DNA of 64,000 nucleotides from a bacterium (GTDB lineage Bacteria; Patescibacteriota; Microgenomatia; UBA8517): NCBI GenBank assembly GCA_030583725.1, contig CP129472.1, positions 529,902 to 593,901 of the forward strand, read 5' to 3'. Shown piece by piece: positions 63,692 to 64,000 of this stretch (position 1 is its first letter; each line of letters starts with the position of its first letter). The notes under the pieces were generated by a model. It saw only the letters and a program-made list of their open reading frames with translations, ran no database searches and was not told where the DNA came from. The position numbers and the translations under genes were made by a program.

Positions 63692-63987
63692 AAAACAATA
63701 TTTCCGATGGGGTAGTGCATAAAGTCCCTGCAGATTTAAAAGAGGCTTTAGTTTCAGACTCAAATGCCTTTTTGTTGTGGGAAAGTTTAACGCCCCTTGC
63801 ACGAAATGAATGGATCTGTTGGGTTACTTCTGTTAAGAAAGAAGAAACAAGAAAAGATCATGTTAGAAGGGTAGTAAATGAACTCAAAGAAGGCAAAAGA
63901 AGACCTTGTTGTTGGATAGGCTGTATTCATAGAACTGACAAAAAATTAAGCCCTTCAATACAAGGAATACTTAACAAACGAAAGTAG
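63688..63987 (+). CDS. YdeI/OmpD-associated family protein
   Basis: 99 aa. '[30 protein letters not shown]' is like the YdeI_OmpD-assoc family. 4-nt overlap with fic. Confidence 0.4.
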
Positions 63988-64000
63988 TAGCAAACTCCTT

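Noticed and set aside
1-64000. Transposases, integrases, rRNA genes
   Set aside because: No DDE/tyrosine-recombinase motifs or rRNA-like conserved stretches were recognised anywhere in the window.

Overview
AT-rich window (roughly one-third GC by eye), densely coding, standard genetic code. Gene content and architecture are typical of a small-genome Candidate Phyla Radiation / Patescibacteria-like bacterium; that assignment is inference only.

Housekeeping backbone: the chromosomal origin neighbourhood is present. rpmH-rnpA-yidD-yidC-jag lie on the minus strand and diverge from dnaA-dnaN, with a DnaA-box cluster in the dnaA-dnaN spacer. Also present are valS, rplY, rnhA, a tsaC-tsaE fusion next to tsaD, smpB with an adjacent tmRNA, dnaG-rpoD, six tRNAs (all four tRNA-Ser isoacceptors, an Arg-like tRNA and Asn), and a Phd/RelE toxin-antitoxin pair.

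Most unusual content:
1. A minus-strand operon at 20.6-27.6 kb resembles a Gram-positive / CPR-type type IV secretion system. It has a VirB4 ATPase apparently split into two ORFs and a 915-aa chimeric membrane protein ending in an HExxH domain.
2. A second minus-strand block at 31.8-39.4 kb carries seven tandem VirB2/TrbC-like (T4SS-pilin-like) paralogs. It is framed by two Cys-rich secreted proteins and a VirB6/TrbL-like polytopic membrane protein.
3. Nearby is a disulfide-oxidoreductase pair (DsbB/BdbC-like plus a thioredoxin-like protein) next to comF.
4. A three-gene M-R-M (DpnII/MboI-like) restriction-modification cassette abuts two tRNA-Ser genes and a 24-bp tandem repeat.
5. A 23-bp direct repeat flanks a sigma-70 region-4-only mini-gene inserted at the 3' end of tsaD.

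All calls come from reading the translations and DNA by eye. No database searches were run.
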